This document shows, piece after piece, positions 1-8,784 of a DNA stretch of 64,000 nt. This DNA comes from Gammaproteobacteria bacterium. Its GTDB lineage: Bacteria > Pseudomonadota > Gammaproteobacteria > Steroidobacterales > Rariloculaceae. The stretch covers positions 24,678 to 88,677 of the forward strand of contig JBJHBP010000008.1 of NCBI GenBank assembly GCA_050485545.1, given 5' to 3'. The position numbers were made by a program, and so were the translations under genes. Position 1 is the first letter of the stretch. Each line of letters starts with the position of its first letter. Below the pieces are notes generated by a model. The model did no database searches, was not told the DNA's origin, and saw nothing but the letters and a program-made list of their open reading frames with translations.

Positions 1-113
1 TCAGCGCCAGCGGCCATGGCTGTGCCTGGCGCCGGTCGATAGCGCTCGCCGATCAGCAGCGTCCGCAAGCCACCCTTGCGGACCAGCAATGAATGTGATT
101 ATCATTCGCGTCC

Positions 114-132
114 GCGAATGAGAATCATTATC
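114..132. promoter_or_regulatory. Fur box (iron-responsive operator) in front of the TonB-dependent receptor; weaker second copy at 91-109
   Basis: GCGAATGAGAATCATTATC matches 16 of 19 positions of the GATAATGATAATCATTATC Fur consensus. GAATGTGATTATCATTCGC at 91-109 matches 13 of 19. Both lie in an AT-rich patch less than 90 nt upstream of the receptor start. Confidence 0.7.
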
Positions 133-174
133 ATCTGAGTGCTGAAGCCGGCACCCCCAAGGAAGGAGATTCGT

Positions 175-2277
175 GTGAATGCCCGATCACAGCTATCTGT
201 TCAGCGTCTTTGCAGGCAAGGACGGCTCACGACGACGCTGCTCGCCACAGCCGGTGTGCTGACCGCGTTTCCGCTGCTGGCGGATGACCGCGCCTACCTG
301 CCGACCATCGTGGTTGTCGGCCAGGCGGAAGGTGATGCCGAGCGCCAGCCAGGGGCGGTCACGATTGTCACGCCGGAGGCCCTGCGTCTCCAGCAACCGC
401 GCTCCACGGAGGAGGCGTTGCGTGGTGTACCCGGCGTTTCGATCAAGCCGGAAGAAGAGTCGGCGGTAGTCGGCAACATCGGCATCCGCGGCCTGAGCTC
501 GGCCGACTACAAGACGCTGATACTGGAAGACGGCGTGCCGGTTGCGCCCGGCCTGTTCGTTGGTAACGGACGCTACTACAACCCCCGCGTACAGCGCATG
601 GACAGCATCGAGGTGCTGCGTGGTGCCGCTTCACTGCGCTACGGACCGAGCACGATCGGCGGCGTGATCAACTACGTCACCCGACAGCCTCGCCACGGCG
701 TGGAAATCGGTGTTCGCGCCGGGTCATTCGCGACCCGGGAAGCCACGCTGGAAGCAGGCGGCGTCTCTCCGTCCGGCGACGCCAGCTTCGGTCTGTTCCT
801 GACCCGGGCCAGCAGCGACGGATTCATGGACAAGGGCTATGAGATGACCGACGTCATGGTCAAGGCGGGTCTGGATATCGGCACCCGGCAGCAGGTTGGC
901 ATCAAATTCACGGACTACAGCAATGACGCCAACATCTCCTACCGCGGTCTGTTCCTTCAGGCATATCGTGATGGCGCCACCTACAACCCTGCGCCCGACG
1001 ACTGGTTTCTGACCGGGCGCCGTGCGCTGGATATCAATCACGAGCTCACACTAGGCGACCGGGTGCGCCTGAACACGCTGATATTCGCCAGCGAGATGCA
1101 TCGTGACTACTGGCGTTACGGCGTCAACGGTGCCGCATCGGCCGCCGAAGGGCGCTGGGTTTATACGGATACGGTGCAGGGCAACAACCGCAGCTTTGAG
1201 CGCTTCGGTTTCGAGAGCCGGCTGCACATCGACCACTCGCTGTTCTCTGTCATCAACGAAGCCGAGATCGGGCTTCGCTTCATGGAGGAGAAGATGGACG
1301 ATGTGGTCGTCATGGCCGCGCGCGCAACACCCCGCACCGGGCCGTTGAGCCGTGACCGACGCGATGCGGCGGATAGTCTGGCGCTGTATGTGCAGAATCG
1401 CTTCCTGGTTACCGATCGCACCGCGGTCACGGCGGGACTGCGCATCGAACACTATGAACAGCATCGCGAAGACCGACGTGCCCCTGCTGGAGCCAACACG
1501 GCCGATACGTCCAACACCGAAGTGATGCCGGGCCTGGGCATCACGTACCAGACCGGCGGGCCGCAGCTGTTTGCCAGCATCTATCGCGCCTTTTCACCGG
1601 CACTGAACGGCGATGCACTCAGCGGTCTGCAGGATCAGCGGTTGGACGCGGAGCGTTCATGGAATGCAGAGGCAGGCCTGCGTGGAGCGGCCGGTCGAGT
1701 GAACTATGAGCTGGCGCTGTTCCGCATGGAGTTCGACAACCAGATCATTCCGGCGAACAGCAACAGCGACTTTCAGGTGACCAATGGCGGCAGCACCCTG
1801 CATCAGGGCATGGAGGCCGGACTCGGTGTACATCTGGGCGGCGGCTTCAGCATCAATACAAACTTCACCTACATACCCGACGCGCAGTTCGACGGTGACC
1901 GCTTCGACCCCGACGATGTACTGAACACGCCCGATGGCAACCGGATTCCATACACCCCGGAATGGACGACCAACCTGAGTCTGCTCTACACCACCGGCGG
2001 ATTCAGTGGCGGCCTGCATCTGCACCGCACCGGCTCGCAGTACACCGACGTGACGAACACGCGTGTTCTCGCCGAGAATGTCAGCGGCTTCTTCACCGGT
2101 CGCATCGCCGGCTATTCGGTGGTCGATCTGAGTCTGTCCTACGATGTGAATCGACGCCTGAACATCGGCGGGACGGTGAAGAACATCGCCGACAAACGCT
2201 ACATCGCCAGCCTGCGCCAGGGTATTTACGCAGGCCCCGAACGCAGCATGGATCTGGCTCTGCGCTACCGCTTCTGA
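175..2277 (+). CDS. TonB-dependent (siderophore-type) outer membrane receptor
   Basis: Track ORF 139-2277; GGAG at 165-168 favours GTG 175 as the start. Signal-like N-terminus, plug-domain strings (PTIVVVGQ, IEVLRGAASLRYGPSTIGGVINYVT), and a long beta-barrel ending in ...LALRYRF with a terminal aromatic residue. Confidence 0.9.
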   Translation: MNARSQLSVQRLCRQGRLTTTLLATAGVLTAFPLLADDRAYLPTIVVVGQAEGDAERQPGAVTIVTPEALRLQQPRSTEEALRGVPGVSIKPEEESAVVGNIGIRGLSSADYKTLILEDGVPVAPGLFVGNGRYYNPRVQRMDSIEVLRGAASLRYGPSTIGGVINYVTRQPRHGVEIGVRAGSFATREATLEAGGVSPSGDASFGLFLTRASSDGFMDKGYEMTDVMVKAGLDIGTRQQVGIKFTDYSNDANISYRGLFLQAYRDGATYNPAPDDWFLTGRRALDINHELTLGDRVRLNTLIFASEMHRDYWRYGVNGAASAAEGRWVYTDTVQGNNRSFERFGFESRLHIDHSLFSVINEAEIGLRFMEEKMDDVVVMAARATPRTGPLSRDRRDAADSLALYVQNRFLVTDRTAVTAGLRIEHYEQHREDRRAPAGANTADTSNTEVMPGLGITYQTGGPQLFASIYRAFSPALNGDALSGLQDQRLDAERSWNAEAGLRGAAGRVNYELALFRMEFDNQIIPANSNSDFQVTNGGSTLHQGMEAGLGVHLGGGFSINTNFTYIPDAQFDGDRFDPDDVLNTPDGNRIPYTPEWTTNLSLLYTTGGFSGGLHLHRTGSQYTDVTNTRVLAENVSGFFTGRIAGYSVVDLSLSYDVNRRLNIGGTVKNIADKRYIASLRQGIYAGPERSMDLALRYRF

Positions 2278-2333
2278 TCGAACCCGCCCCCATACGCCAG
2301 AGGGTGGTCGGAACGAACCACGACAACGTCAAA

Positions 2334-2391
2334 GCCGGGCCCGTTGCGCGCCGTCCCCCTGTCCCCGGGGATGTCGCGCAACGGGCCCGGC
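2334..2391. terminator. Perfect 17-bp inverted repeat (bidirectional terminator-like hairpin) between convergent genes
   Basis: GCCGGGCCCGTTGCGCG (2334-2350) and CGCGCAACGGGCCCGGC (2375-2391) are exact reverse complements separated by a 24-nt loop. They lie between the receptor stop (2277) and the SnoaL-like stop (2475). No clear U-tract. Confidence 0.45.
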
Positions 2392-2474
2392 CACGCCGGC
2401 CGCAATCGCAGTCCCCGAATCCCCGGACCATCGCCCGCCTGATCCACGATTCAGTCCACGAAACAGTGCATGAC

Positions 2475-2888
2475 TCAGTCCGCAAAGAGCCTCGCGATAT
2501 ACGCGCTGTCCATGTACTCGCGGATCTTCCAGACCTTGCCGTCCCTGAGCTCGAACGCCCAGGCGTAGAGATTGTTGTATTCGCGGCCGTCACTGAGCGT
2601 GCCGATGCCGCGGGTTTCCAGCATGACGCGATCGCCATCCGACAGGATGGAATCGATGAGCACCTTCGGGTCACCCGGGATGAACAGGCCGCGCACCGGC
2701 GCAAGAAATCCGTCGATGATCGCGTCGCGCGGATGATGGACGCCGGCACCTGGAATGCCGGGCTTCACCATCGGTGTCCAGCTGGCATCCGGGTGCAGGA
2801 ACGCGCGCAGCGCTTCCAGATCGCCGCTGGACAGAATCTCGAAGAATTTCAGAACTTCGCGCTCCTGCGCGGTCTTGGCGTCGGCCAT
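2475..2888 (-). CDS. SnoaL-like / NTF2-fold (ketosteroid-isomerase-like) protein
   Basis: 137-aa ORF. The N-terminal helix EREVLKFFEILSSGDLEALRAFLHPDASW and the overall size are typical of SnoaL/NTF2-like proteins. The track shows only shadow ORFs competing on the other strand. Confidence 0.7.
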   Translation of the reverse strand: MADAKTAQEREVLKFFEILSSGDLEALRAFLHPDASWTPMVKPGIPGAGVHHPRDAIIDGFLAPVRGLFIPGDPKVLIDSILSDGDRVMLETRGIGTLSDGREYNNLYAWAFELRDGKVWKIREYMDSAYIARLFAD

Positions 2889-3070
2889 TGCGTCTCCCTC
2901 CGTTGTTGTTGTCTGATCCGGCGCAGCGAGCCGGGCGAACCGATCTTTTCAGAAGCGCAGCGTGTCGTCCAGCAGTCGGCCTTTCACTCTGCCGCGCGCC
3001 TCGCATAGACTGAGCACCAAGCGGGCGCCCGATCGTGCCACTCACAGATTACCGGGGAGAACAACAGGTC

Positions 3071-4639
3071 ATGAACCAGTCTGACATCGTCGCCATCGGC
3101 TCAGGGCACAATGGACTCGTTACCGCCGCCTATCTCGCAGCGGCTGGCAAGAAGGTCGTCGTGCTGGAGCGCAACCCGTGGTTTGGCGGCGGCGTGGTTA
3201 CGCGCGAGCTGACCCAGCCCGGCTTTCGGCACGACCAGCATTCGATGAGCCACATCTTCATTCAGGCCAATCCGCTGCTGAAAAACGACGACCTCAAGCT
3301 CAAGGCGAAGTACGGCCTGAAGTACATCTTCCCCGAGTCGCCGATGATGGCGATGTTCGAAAACGGTGAGACGCTGAAGCTGTATCGCGATCGCGCACGC
3401 ACGTATGCCGAGATCGCACGGTTCTCGAAGAAGGATGCCGAGGCCTATAAGGCGGTGTCGGAACAGGCGGCCGCATGGCTGCCGATGGTGACGTCGGTGC
3501 TGTACTCGCCGCCGGCGCCGGAAGGCGCTTCGCACGCCATGCTGGACCAAAGCCGCGAGGGACGTGAGCTGTGGCGCATCATGCAGATGAGCAGTCACGA
3601 CTTCCTCTGCGATACCTTCGAATCTGACGAGGTGCGTTCGATGCTGGCCCGTGTGGCTGGCGAGAACCTGGTATCGCCGGATGAGAAGAATACCGCCTTC
3701 GGCGCGTTCGTGTTTCTGGGATTTCTGGAAGGTTACGGCTTCGGTGTCGCGCAGGGTGGCGCCGGTGCGCTCACCGACGCGCTGATCGCGTGCATTCGCG
3801 ATCACGGCGGTGAGGTGCTGGCCGACGCGGACGTAGCCCGCGTGCTCGTGTCGAACGGTCGCGCCACCGGCGTGGAGACCGTTGACGGTCGACGCTTCGA
3901 AGCCCGCGAAGCCGTGATCGGTGCGATCCACCCGCATCTGCTGGCGCAGTACATCGATGGTCTGGATCCAGTCGTGAAACGGGACGCCGAAGCCACCCAC
4001 ATCTCTGGCGCGGCCTGCATCACCGTGCACGCGGCGCTGAAGGAGCCGCTGCGGCTGAAGGGCGGCAGTGCCCCCGACTCGGTGATGGTGGAACTGCTGC
4101 CCAACTCCTACGACACCCTGCGCCGTTCATTCGACGCCATGCGTTACGGCGAACTGATGCCGTATCCGCTGCTCGGATTCGGTTCGCTGTCTCAGTTCGA
4201 TCCGAGCCGTGTGCCGGAAGGGCGCGCGATTCTGCATCTGTGGGACTACGTGCCCTACGAACGCGCCGACGGTCAGCACTGGGATGACGCAAAGCAGGAC
4301 TACGCACAGCGTATGCTCAGGCACATGGCCAGGTTCGTCGACAACATCGACGACAACGTGATTCAGGCGCATATCGACAGTCCCGTCGATATGGAACGCA
4401 CGTCCCCGAGCTTCCGGCGCGGTGATCTTCACGGCATTGCAACGGCCACCTATCAGTCCGGTTCACATCGCCCGACGCCCGACCTTGGGCAGTACGGAGT
4501 CCCCGGTCTCGACCGCTTCTATCTGGTCGGGCCGTTCCAGCATCCCGGTGGCGGTGTATTTGGCGCCGGCCGCGCGACGGCCATGAAGATGTTCGAAGAC
4601 CTCGATATGGACTTTGATAAGCAGGGACGCGTTGAATGA
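3071..4639 (+). CDS. Phytoene-desaturase-family (CrtI-like) NAD(P)/FAD-dependent oxidoreductase
   Basis: Track ORF 3035-4639; ATG 3071 follows GGGGAGAA. Rossmann motif IVAIGSGHNGLVTAAYLAAAGKKVVVLERNPWFGGG. Length about 520 aa and C-terminal GPFQHPGGGVFGAGR as in CrtI-family flavoproteins. Confidence 0.85.
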   Translation: MNQSDIVAIGSGHNGLVTAAYLAAAGKKVVVLERNPWFGGGVVTRELTQPGFRHDQHSMSHIFIQANPLLKNDDLKLKAKYGLKYIFPESPMMAMFENGETLKLYRDRARTYAEIARFSKKDAEAYKAVSEQAAAWLPMVTSVLYSPPAPEGASHAMLDQSREGRELWRIMQMSSHDFLCDTFESDEVRSMLARVAGENLVSPDEKNTAFGAFVFLGFLEGYGFGVAQGGAGALTDALIACIRDHGGEVLADADVARVLVSNGRATGVETVDGRRFEAREAVIGAIHPHLLAQYIDGLDPVVKRDAEATHISGAACITVHAALKEPLRLKGGSAPDSVMVELLPNSYDTLRRSFDAMRYGELMPYPLLGFGSLSQFDPSRVPEGRAILHLWDYVPYERADGQHWDDAKQDYAQRMLRHMARFVDNIDDNVIQAHIDSPVDMERTSPSFRRGDLHGIATATYQSGSHRPTPDLGQYGVPGLDRFYLVGPFQHPGGGVFGAGRATAMKMFEDLDMDFDKQGRVE

Positions 4640-4851
4640 AGCTGAAGGGCGCCGATGGCAGCGAGCTGATGGTGGTCAGCGCAATCGAGCGGGACGGTAA
4701 CGATCTGGTCGTCAAAGGCAAGGTGTTCGGTGCCATGCCGATGAGCGCGCACCTCACACCCGAGGAAGCGCGCGCGGCATTCAAACTACTGTCGTTCCGG
4801 CTGATTCTGTTTCTGCTGACACTGCCATTTCGACGCGGCAGCAGGAAGTAA
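4636..4851 (+). CDS. Small hypothetical protein, translationally coupled to the flavoprotein
   Basis: 71-aa ORF whose ATG overlaps the upstream stop (ATGA at 4636-4639). G/C-rich third positions, hydrophobic C-terminal segment (LLSFRLILFLLTLPF). No recognisable motif. Confidence 0.45.
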   Translation: MKLKGADGSELMVVSAIERDGNDLVVKGKVFGAMPMSAHLTPEEARAAFKLLSFRLILFLLTLPFRRGSRK

Positions 4852-4861
4852 GACCGCGAGT

Positions 4862-6235
4862 TCAGTCGAAGCTGAAGATGTCGTCTTCTTCCGGGCGCTC
4901 CATGTGCTGCTCGTGGTACTTCTCCCACATCTGCGCCCACGGGCGGCCGTACATGTCGGGCACCTCGTACTCGATCATCTGCCCTGGCGTGACAGGCGTG
5001 GCCTCGCCTTCCAGCGGGAAGATCGTTTGTACGCATTCGATGAACGTGTAGGGATTGCCGCGATTGATTTCCGCCGCCTTGAAGATGTTGCGCAGGATGC
5101 GCACCGGCTCCACCAGGGCTTCGGGATCGTACAGGATCGATTCGTGGTGCAGGCCGAGAAACTCGCCGTCGTCATTGCGCAGCGGCGTGTAGATCTCGAT
5201 GGTCTGCATCTGGTCTGAGTGTTCGAACGCGCCGTGCGCCACCCAGCCCTGTACGTTGGATGTCCAGGTGATCAGTGTGTCTTCGTCCCAGAAGCCGATG
5301 GTCTCGCCGTACCAGCGCGGCACGGCTTCGCCCAGTCGCGGAACACCGCCACTGGTGTTGAACTCACGATCGATATAGATGTTGGTGATGTAGTTGCGTG
5401 CCACACCCGCCATGATCTGCACGATGTGTGGTGTGGCGATGATGTGGTGTTCCCACGTGGCTGGCGGCGCCCAGCGGCGCATGAAACCTTCCGGCCAGCA
5501 GTACTGCGACGGCCAGTGCGGTGCGTTGCTGTTACCGGTGTGGTACAGCTCCTGGACCATGCGCGTCTGATACTCCTCGGTGAGCAGCGACAGGATGGTC
5601 GGCACCTGATTGCGCCGCATCCAGTACCAGTTCTCGTTACGCGGCGTGATGCCGGGCTGGCGGTACACTCCGGTCCATTCGGCTGGCACCGTTGCATAGG
5701 TGTGCTCGGTGGGACCGCCGCGCTCGCGAGTCTCCTCCCGCAGCGCCTCGTAATGCGCCTGCGCGGTATCGAACGGGTAGGGGCTGACTATCGCCTCGCG
5801 CGGATAGTCCTCGTCGCAGTGCCCCCAGGCGGCCGATGCCGGCGGGTCTTCGCCAATGGCCGGTGCGCCGGGACCGGTCCACAGCTCCTCGATGCCGGTG
5901 GAACTGTTGCAGCGGAAATAGCGCGGGTCGTTCCACAGCTCACGATCCTGATAGAAATCGGTTGAGGTGAACATGTCCACCGGCAACGGTTCCACGCCCT
6001 CGGGCACTGCGCCGTCGCGCGCGGCGCCTACGTAGCGTCGCCTGTCCTCGCCCGGGTAGGGTGGCCCGAACAGCGCCTGCACCGAGCCGACCAGGTCCGT
6101 GTCGTAGATGTCGGCGGCCAGCGGCCAGCCGCGGCCCACGCTGTCGAACCCGATGTCCGGCAACTGCTGCGTAGACGCAGGTGATGCCAGCAGAACCAGC
6201 GCCGCCGCCAGCGGCGCGTTGCCTATGCCCCTCAT
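4862..6235 (-). CDS. Secreted hypothetical protein (uncharacterised family, paralogue of 10485-11552)
   Basis: Track ORF 4862-6304; ATG 6235 (or GTG 6241) follows GGAGGAG. Signal peptide [24 protein letters not shown]. Trp/Tyr-rich mature part with no catalytic motif I recognise. Shares colinear motifs with the 10485-11552 product. Confidence 0.75.
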   Translation of the reverse strand: MRGIGNAPLAAALVLLASPASTQQLPDIGFDSVGRGWPLAADIYDTDLVGSVQALFGPPYPGEDRRRYVGAARDGAVPEGVEPLPVDMFTSTDFYQDRELWNDPRYFRCNSSTGIEELWTGPGAPAIGEDPPASAAWGHCDEDYPREAIVSPYPFDTAQAHYEALREETRERGGPTEHTYATVPAEWTGVYRQPGITPRNENWYWMRRNQVPTILSLLTEEYQTRMVQELYHTGNSNAPHWPSQYCWPEGFMRRWAPPATWEHHIIATPHIVQIMAGVARNYITNIYIDREFNTSGGVPRLGEAVPRWYGETIGFWDEDTLITWTSNVQGWVAHGAFEHSDQMQTIEIYTPLRNDDGEFLGLHHESILYDPEALVEPVRILRNIFKAAEINRGNPYTFIECVQTIFPLEGEATPVTPGQMIEYEVPDMYGRPWAQMWEKYHEQHMERPEEDDIFSFD

Positions 6236-6320
6236 CTTCACTTGTTCTCCTCCGGTTCCGCGCGGCCTACCGTAGCCGGATGAGGCCGTCGCGTGAATTC
6301 GCAACGTCTATAGAAGGTCT

Positions 6321-6361
6321 ACAGAACGTCAACAGAATGACGAAGCCTACAGAATGACGAA
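6321..6361. repeat. Three direct repeats (ACAGAA[C/T]G[T/A]C[A/G]A) in the AT-rich region upstream of the secreted-protein gene
   Basis: Copies start at 6321, 6332 and 6349. Copies 2 and 3 are identical 13-mers, ACAGAATGACGAA. The array lies 86-126 nt upstream of the 6235 start and just downstream of the MFS stop. Confidence 0.5.
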
Positions 6362-6393
6362 CCGGAATGCGTTTTTCCAGATGCAGGCGTTCG

Positions 6394-7710
6394 TCATGCC
6401 GGTTTCACGCCTATCACCTTGTCCGCATCCTTGAGTATCGCGTTGCGTCCGAAGAAGGCGATGGCGGCGGCGATTGTCGAGATCACTGACAGCGTGGTGA
6501 GTGAAAGGCGCAGCCCCTCAGCATCGCCGTAGGCGCCCTGGAACAGGTCGCTGACAACGCCGATGTAGAACGGTCCCAGTCCAAGGCCGATCAGCGACAG
6601 CACGAAGAAGAACGCCGCGGTGGCGACCGCCCGGCCACGCAGTGGCGCCAGGCGTTGCACCACGCCGAAGAACGGCCCCATCAGAAAGAACTGGCAGAAA
6701 GCGGCCACCCAGATCGCCATGTAGACGATCGGCATCGATGCTGTCCATACCGCAAGCGCCATCACGACAGCGAAGATCAGCATCGTGAGTGCCGGCAGCG
6801 TCAGGAAGGCGCGCGGATCGCGGGCTGCCGCGCGGGCGGTGATGACACCGCCGAGCATGGCGCCCAGGCCGCCACCGATGCCGATGGCCATGCCCAGATG
6901 CAGTGCGAATACGCCGGGTGTGAGGTCGTGGATGCGTGTGATGAATGCCGGCATCCACATGTTCATGCCGTAGCCGCACAGTGCCGATGGTGCGGCGCTC
7001 AGGCTCATGATGCGGAATGTGGGACTCCTGAGTAGTATGCCGATGGTTTCGAACAGCGGCACATCTTCACTGGAACGCAGCACGGCGGCTTCCGCCGGGT
7101 CATCCAGCCCGCCACGCACCGGCTCGCGAATCGTCAGCCAAACAATCAGTGCCAGCAGCAGGCCCGGCGCACCCAGTGCCACGAATGTCCAGCGCCAGCC
7201 GATGTTGTCGACCAGAATGCCGCCCAGAAAGATACCCAGGAAGGTGCCCAGCGGCACGCCCAGTGAGAAGATGCCCAGCGCAATCGGCCGTTCGGCCTTG
7301 GTGAAGTAGTCGGATATCAGCGAATGCGATGCGGGTCCGGCGCCGGCTTCGCCAACGCCCACGCCGATCCGGAACAGAAACAGTTGCGCAAAGCTCATCG
7401 CCGCGCCGCACAGGGTGGCCATCAGGCTCCAAAGTGCCAGCACGCCGGACAGTATTTTTACGCGATTGCGCTTGTCGATCATGCGTGCAATCGGAAATCC
7501 GAGAGTGGCATAGAACAGCGCGAACGCAATGCCCATCACCAGACCGACCATGGTGTCCGACAGGTCGAACTCGGCCTGTATGGATGGTGCGAGTACCGAT
7601 ATGGAAGTGCGGTCAAGGAAGTTGTTGAGGTTCAACACCACCAGAATGAACAGCACGTAGTTGCGGTACGCGGTCGAATAACCCGGAACGAGATTGTTAT
7701 TGGTCGACAT
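6394..7710 (-). CDS. MFS transporter (spinster-like subgroup)
   Basis: 438 aa with a 12-TM-like hydrophobicity pattern. MFS loop 2-3 signature GFPIARMIDKRNRVKIL and N-terminal FLDRTSISVLAPSIQ, typical of MFS_1 proteins. Confidence 0.9.
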   Translation of the reverse strand: MSTNNNLVPGYSTAYRNYVLFILVVLNLNNFLDRTSISVLAPSIQAEFDLSDTMVGLVMGIAFALFYATLGFPIARMIDKRNRVKILSGVLALWSLMATLCGAAMSFAQLFLFRIGVGVGEAGAGPASHSLISDYFTKAERPIALGIFSLGVPLGTFLGIFLGGILVDNIGWRWTFVALGAPGLLLALIVWLTIREPVRGGLDDPAEAAVLRSSEDVPLFETIGILLRSPTFRIMSLSAAPSALCGYGMNMWMPAFITRIHDLTPGVFALHLGMAIGIGGGLGAMLGGVITARAAARDPRAFLTLPALTMLIFAVVMALAVWTASMPIVYMAIWVAAFCQFFLMGPFFGVVQRLAPLRGRAVATAAFFFVLSLIGLGLGPFYIGVVSDLFQGAYGDAEGLRLSLTTLSVISTIAAAIAFFGRNAILKDADKVIGVKPA

Positions 7711-7894
7711 CTTTGCTCCCCGTCCGGCACAATGCGGCGGACCTCTACGCCCCGTCTTGCTGCGGGTTGCGGAACACTAGGGGTTTGTGCGCGCGGAGTC
7801 CAGCCCGATGCGAATTCGGACGGCTTCCACGGCGCCGCCGGGTTGCGGAGCGCGGTCGATGGCCGCTGTGCACGACAGCAGATGGGGGGTGGAA

Positions 7895-8776
7895 ATGGCT
7901 GTAGAACACATCAGACACTGGCAGATCGGTGACGTGCAGGTCACCCGTATCGTCGAGATCAATGCGCACGAAGATCCGTTCACGATGCTGTCCACGGAGT
8001 GCGAGCCGGACATGGGCAGGCACTATCCCTGGCTTGCGCCGCATTTCGTGACGCCGGACTGGCGAATGAAAATCTCGTTCCAGGCTTTTGTCGTGAAGAC
8101 ACCGCAGCACATCATTGTCGTCGACACCTGCATCGGCGAAGGGCGGGTACGCGACTACGACATCTTCACGAACATGCAGTCCGACTATCTGATCGATCTG
8201 GTGGCGGCCGGCTACGATCCTGACGCCGTGGATTTCGTGCTGTGCACGCACCTTCACTTCGACCACGTGGGCTGGAATACGCGCGAAGAGAATGGACGCT
8301 GGGTGCCCACCTTCCCGAAAGCACGCTACCTGTTCGGCCGCGACGAATACGATCACTGGCAGGCCGCCCGCCAGGCTGGCGACAACAGCCACATCAGCCA
8401 TTTCTCCGATTCCATTGATCCGGTCGTGGAGGCCGGGCTGGTGGATCTGATCGACAGCGATCACCAGGTGTGTCGGGAAGTGAGCCTGTTTCCGACGCCT
8501 GGCCACACACCCGGTCACGTCAGCGTGATGATCCGCTCGCGCGGCAGGGACGCCGTCATCACCGGCGACCTGATGCATCATCCGATACAGCTGGCGCGCC
8601 CGGACCTGCCGATGAACGCAGACAGCGACAAGGCGCTGGGCGTGGTCACGCGCACCGGATTCTGCCAGCGATTCGCGGACACCGACGTGACCATCATCGG
8701 CAGTCACTTCTGTGATCCGGGCGCCGGGCATATCGTCAGCGACACGAAGAACTGGCGGCTGTCGCTGCTGGATTGA
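7895..8776 (+). CDS. MBL-fold metallo-hydrolase (lactonase-like)
   Basis: Track ORF 7787-8776; ATG 7895 follows GGGGGGTGGAA. HxHxDH zinc motif CTHLHFDHVGW, with later TPGHTPGH and GSHF ligand strings. Confidence 0.85.
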   Translation: MAVEHIRHWQIGDVQVTRIVEINAHEDPFTMLSTECEPDMGRHYPWLAPHFVTPDWRMKISFQAFVVKTPQHIIVVDTCIGEGRVRDYDIFTNMQSDYLIDLVAAGYDPDAVDFVLCTHLHFDHVGWNTREENGRWVPTFPKARYLFGRDEYDHWQAARQAGDNSHISHFSDSIDPVVEAGLVDLIDSDHQVCREVSLFPTPGHTPGHVSVMIRSRGRDAVITGDLMHHPIQLARPDLPMNADSDKALGVVTRTGFCQRFADTDVTIIGSHFCDPGAGHIVSDTKNWRLSLLD

Positions 8777-8784
8777 ATGCCGCC

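Noticed and set aside
1-90. Possible 3' end of a minus-strand gene (TCA at 1-3 read as a stop codon)
   Set aside because: Only ~30 codons are available, with no start codon or motif. This cannot be supported from the window.
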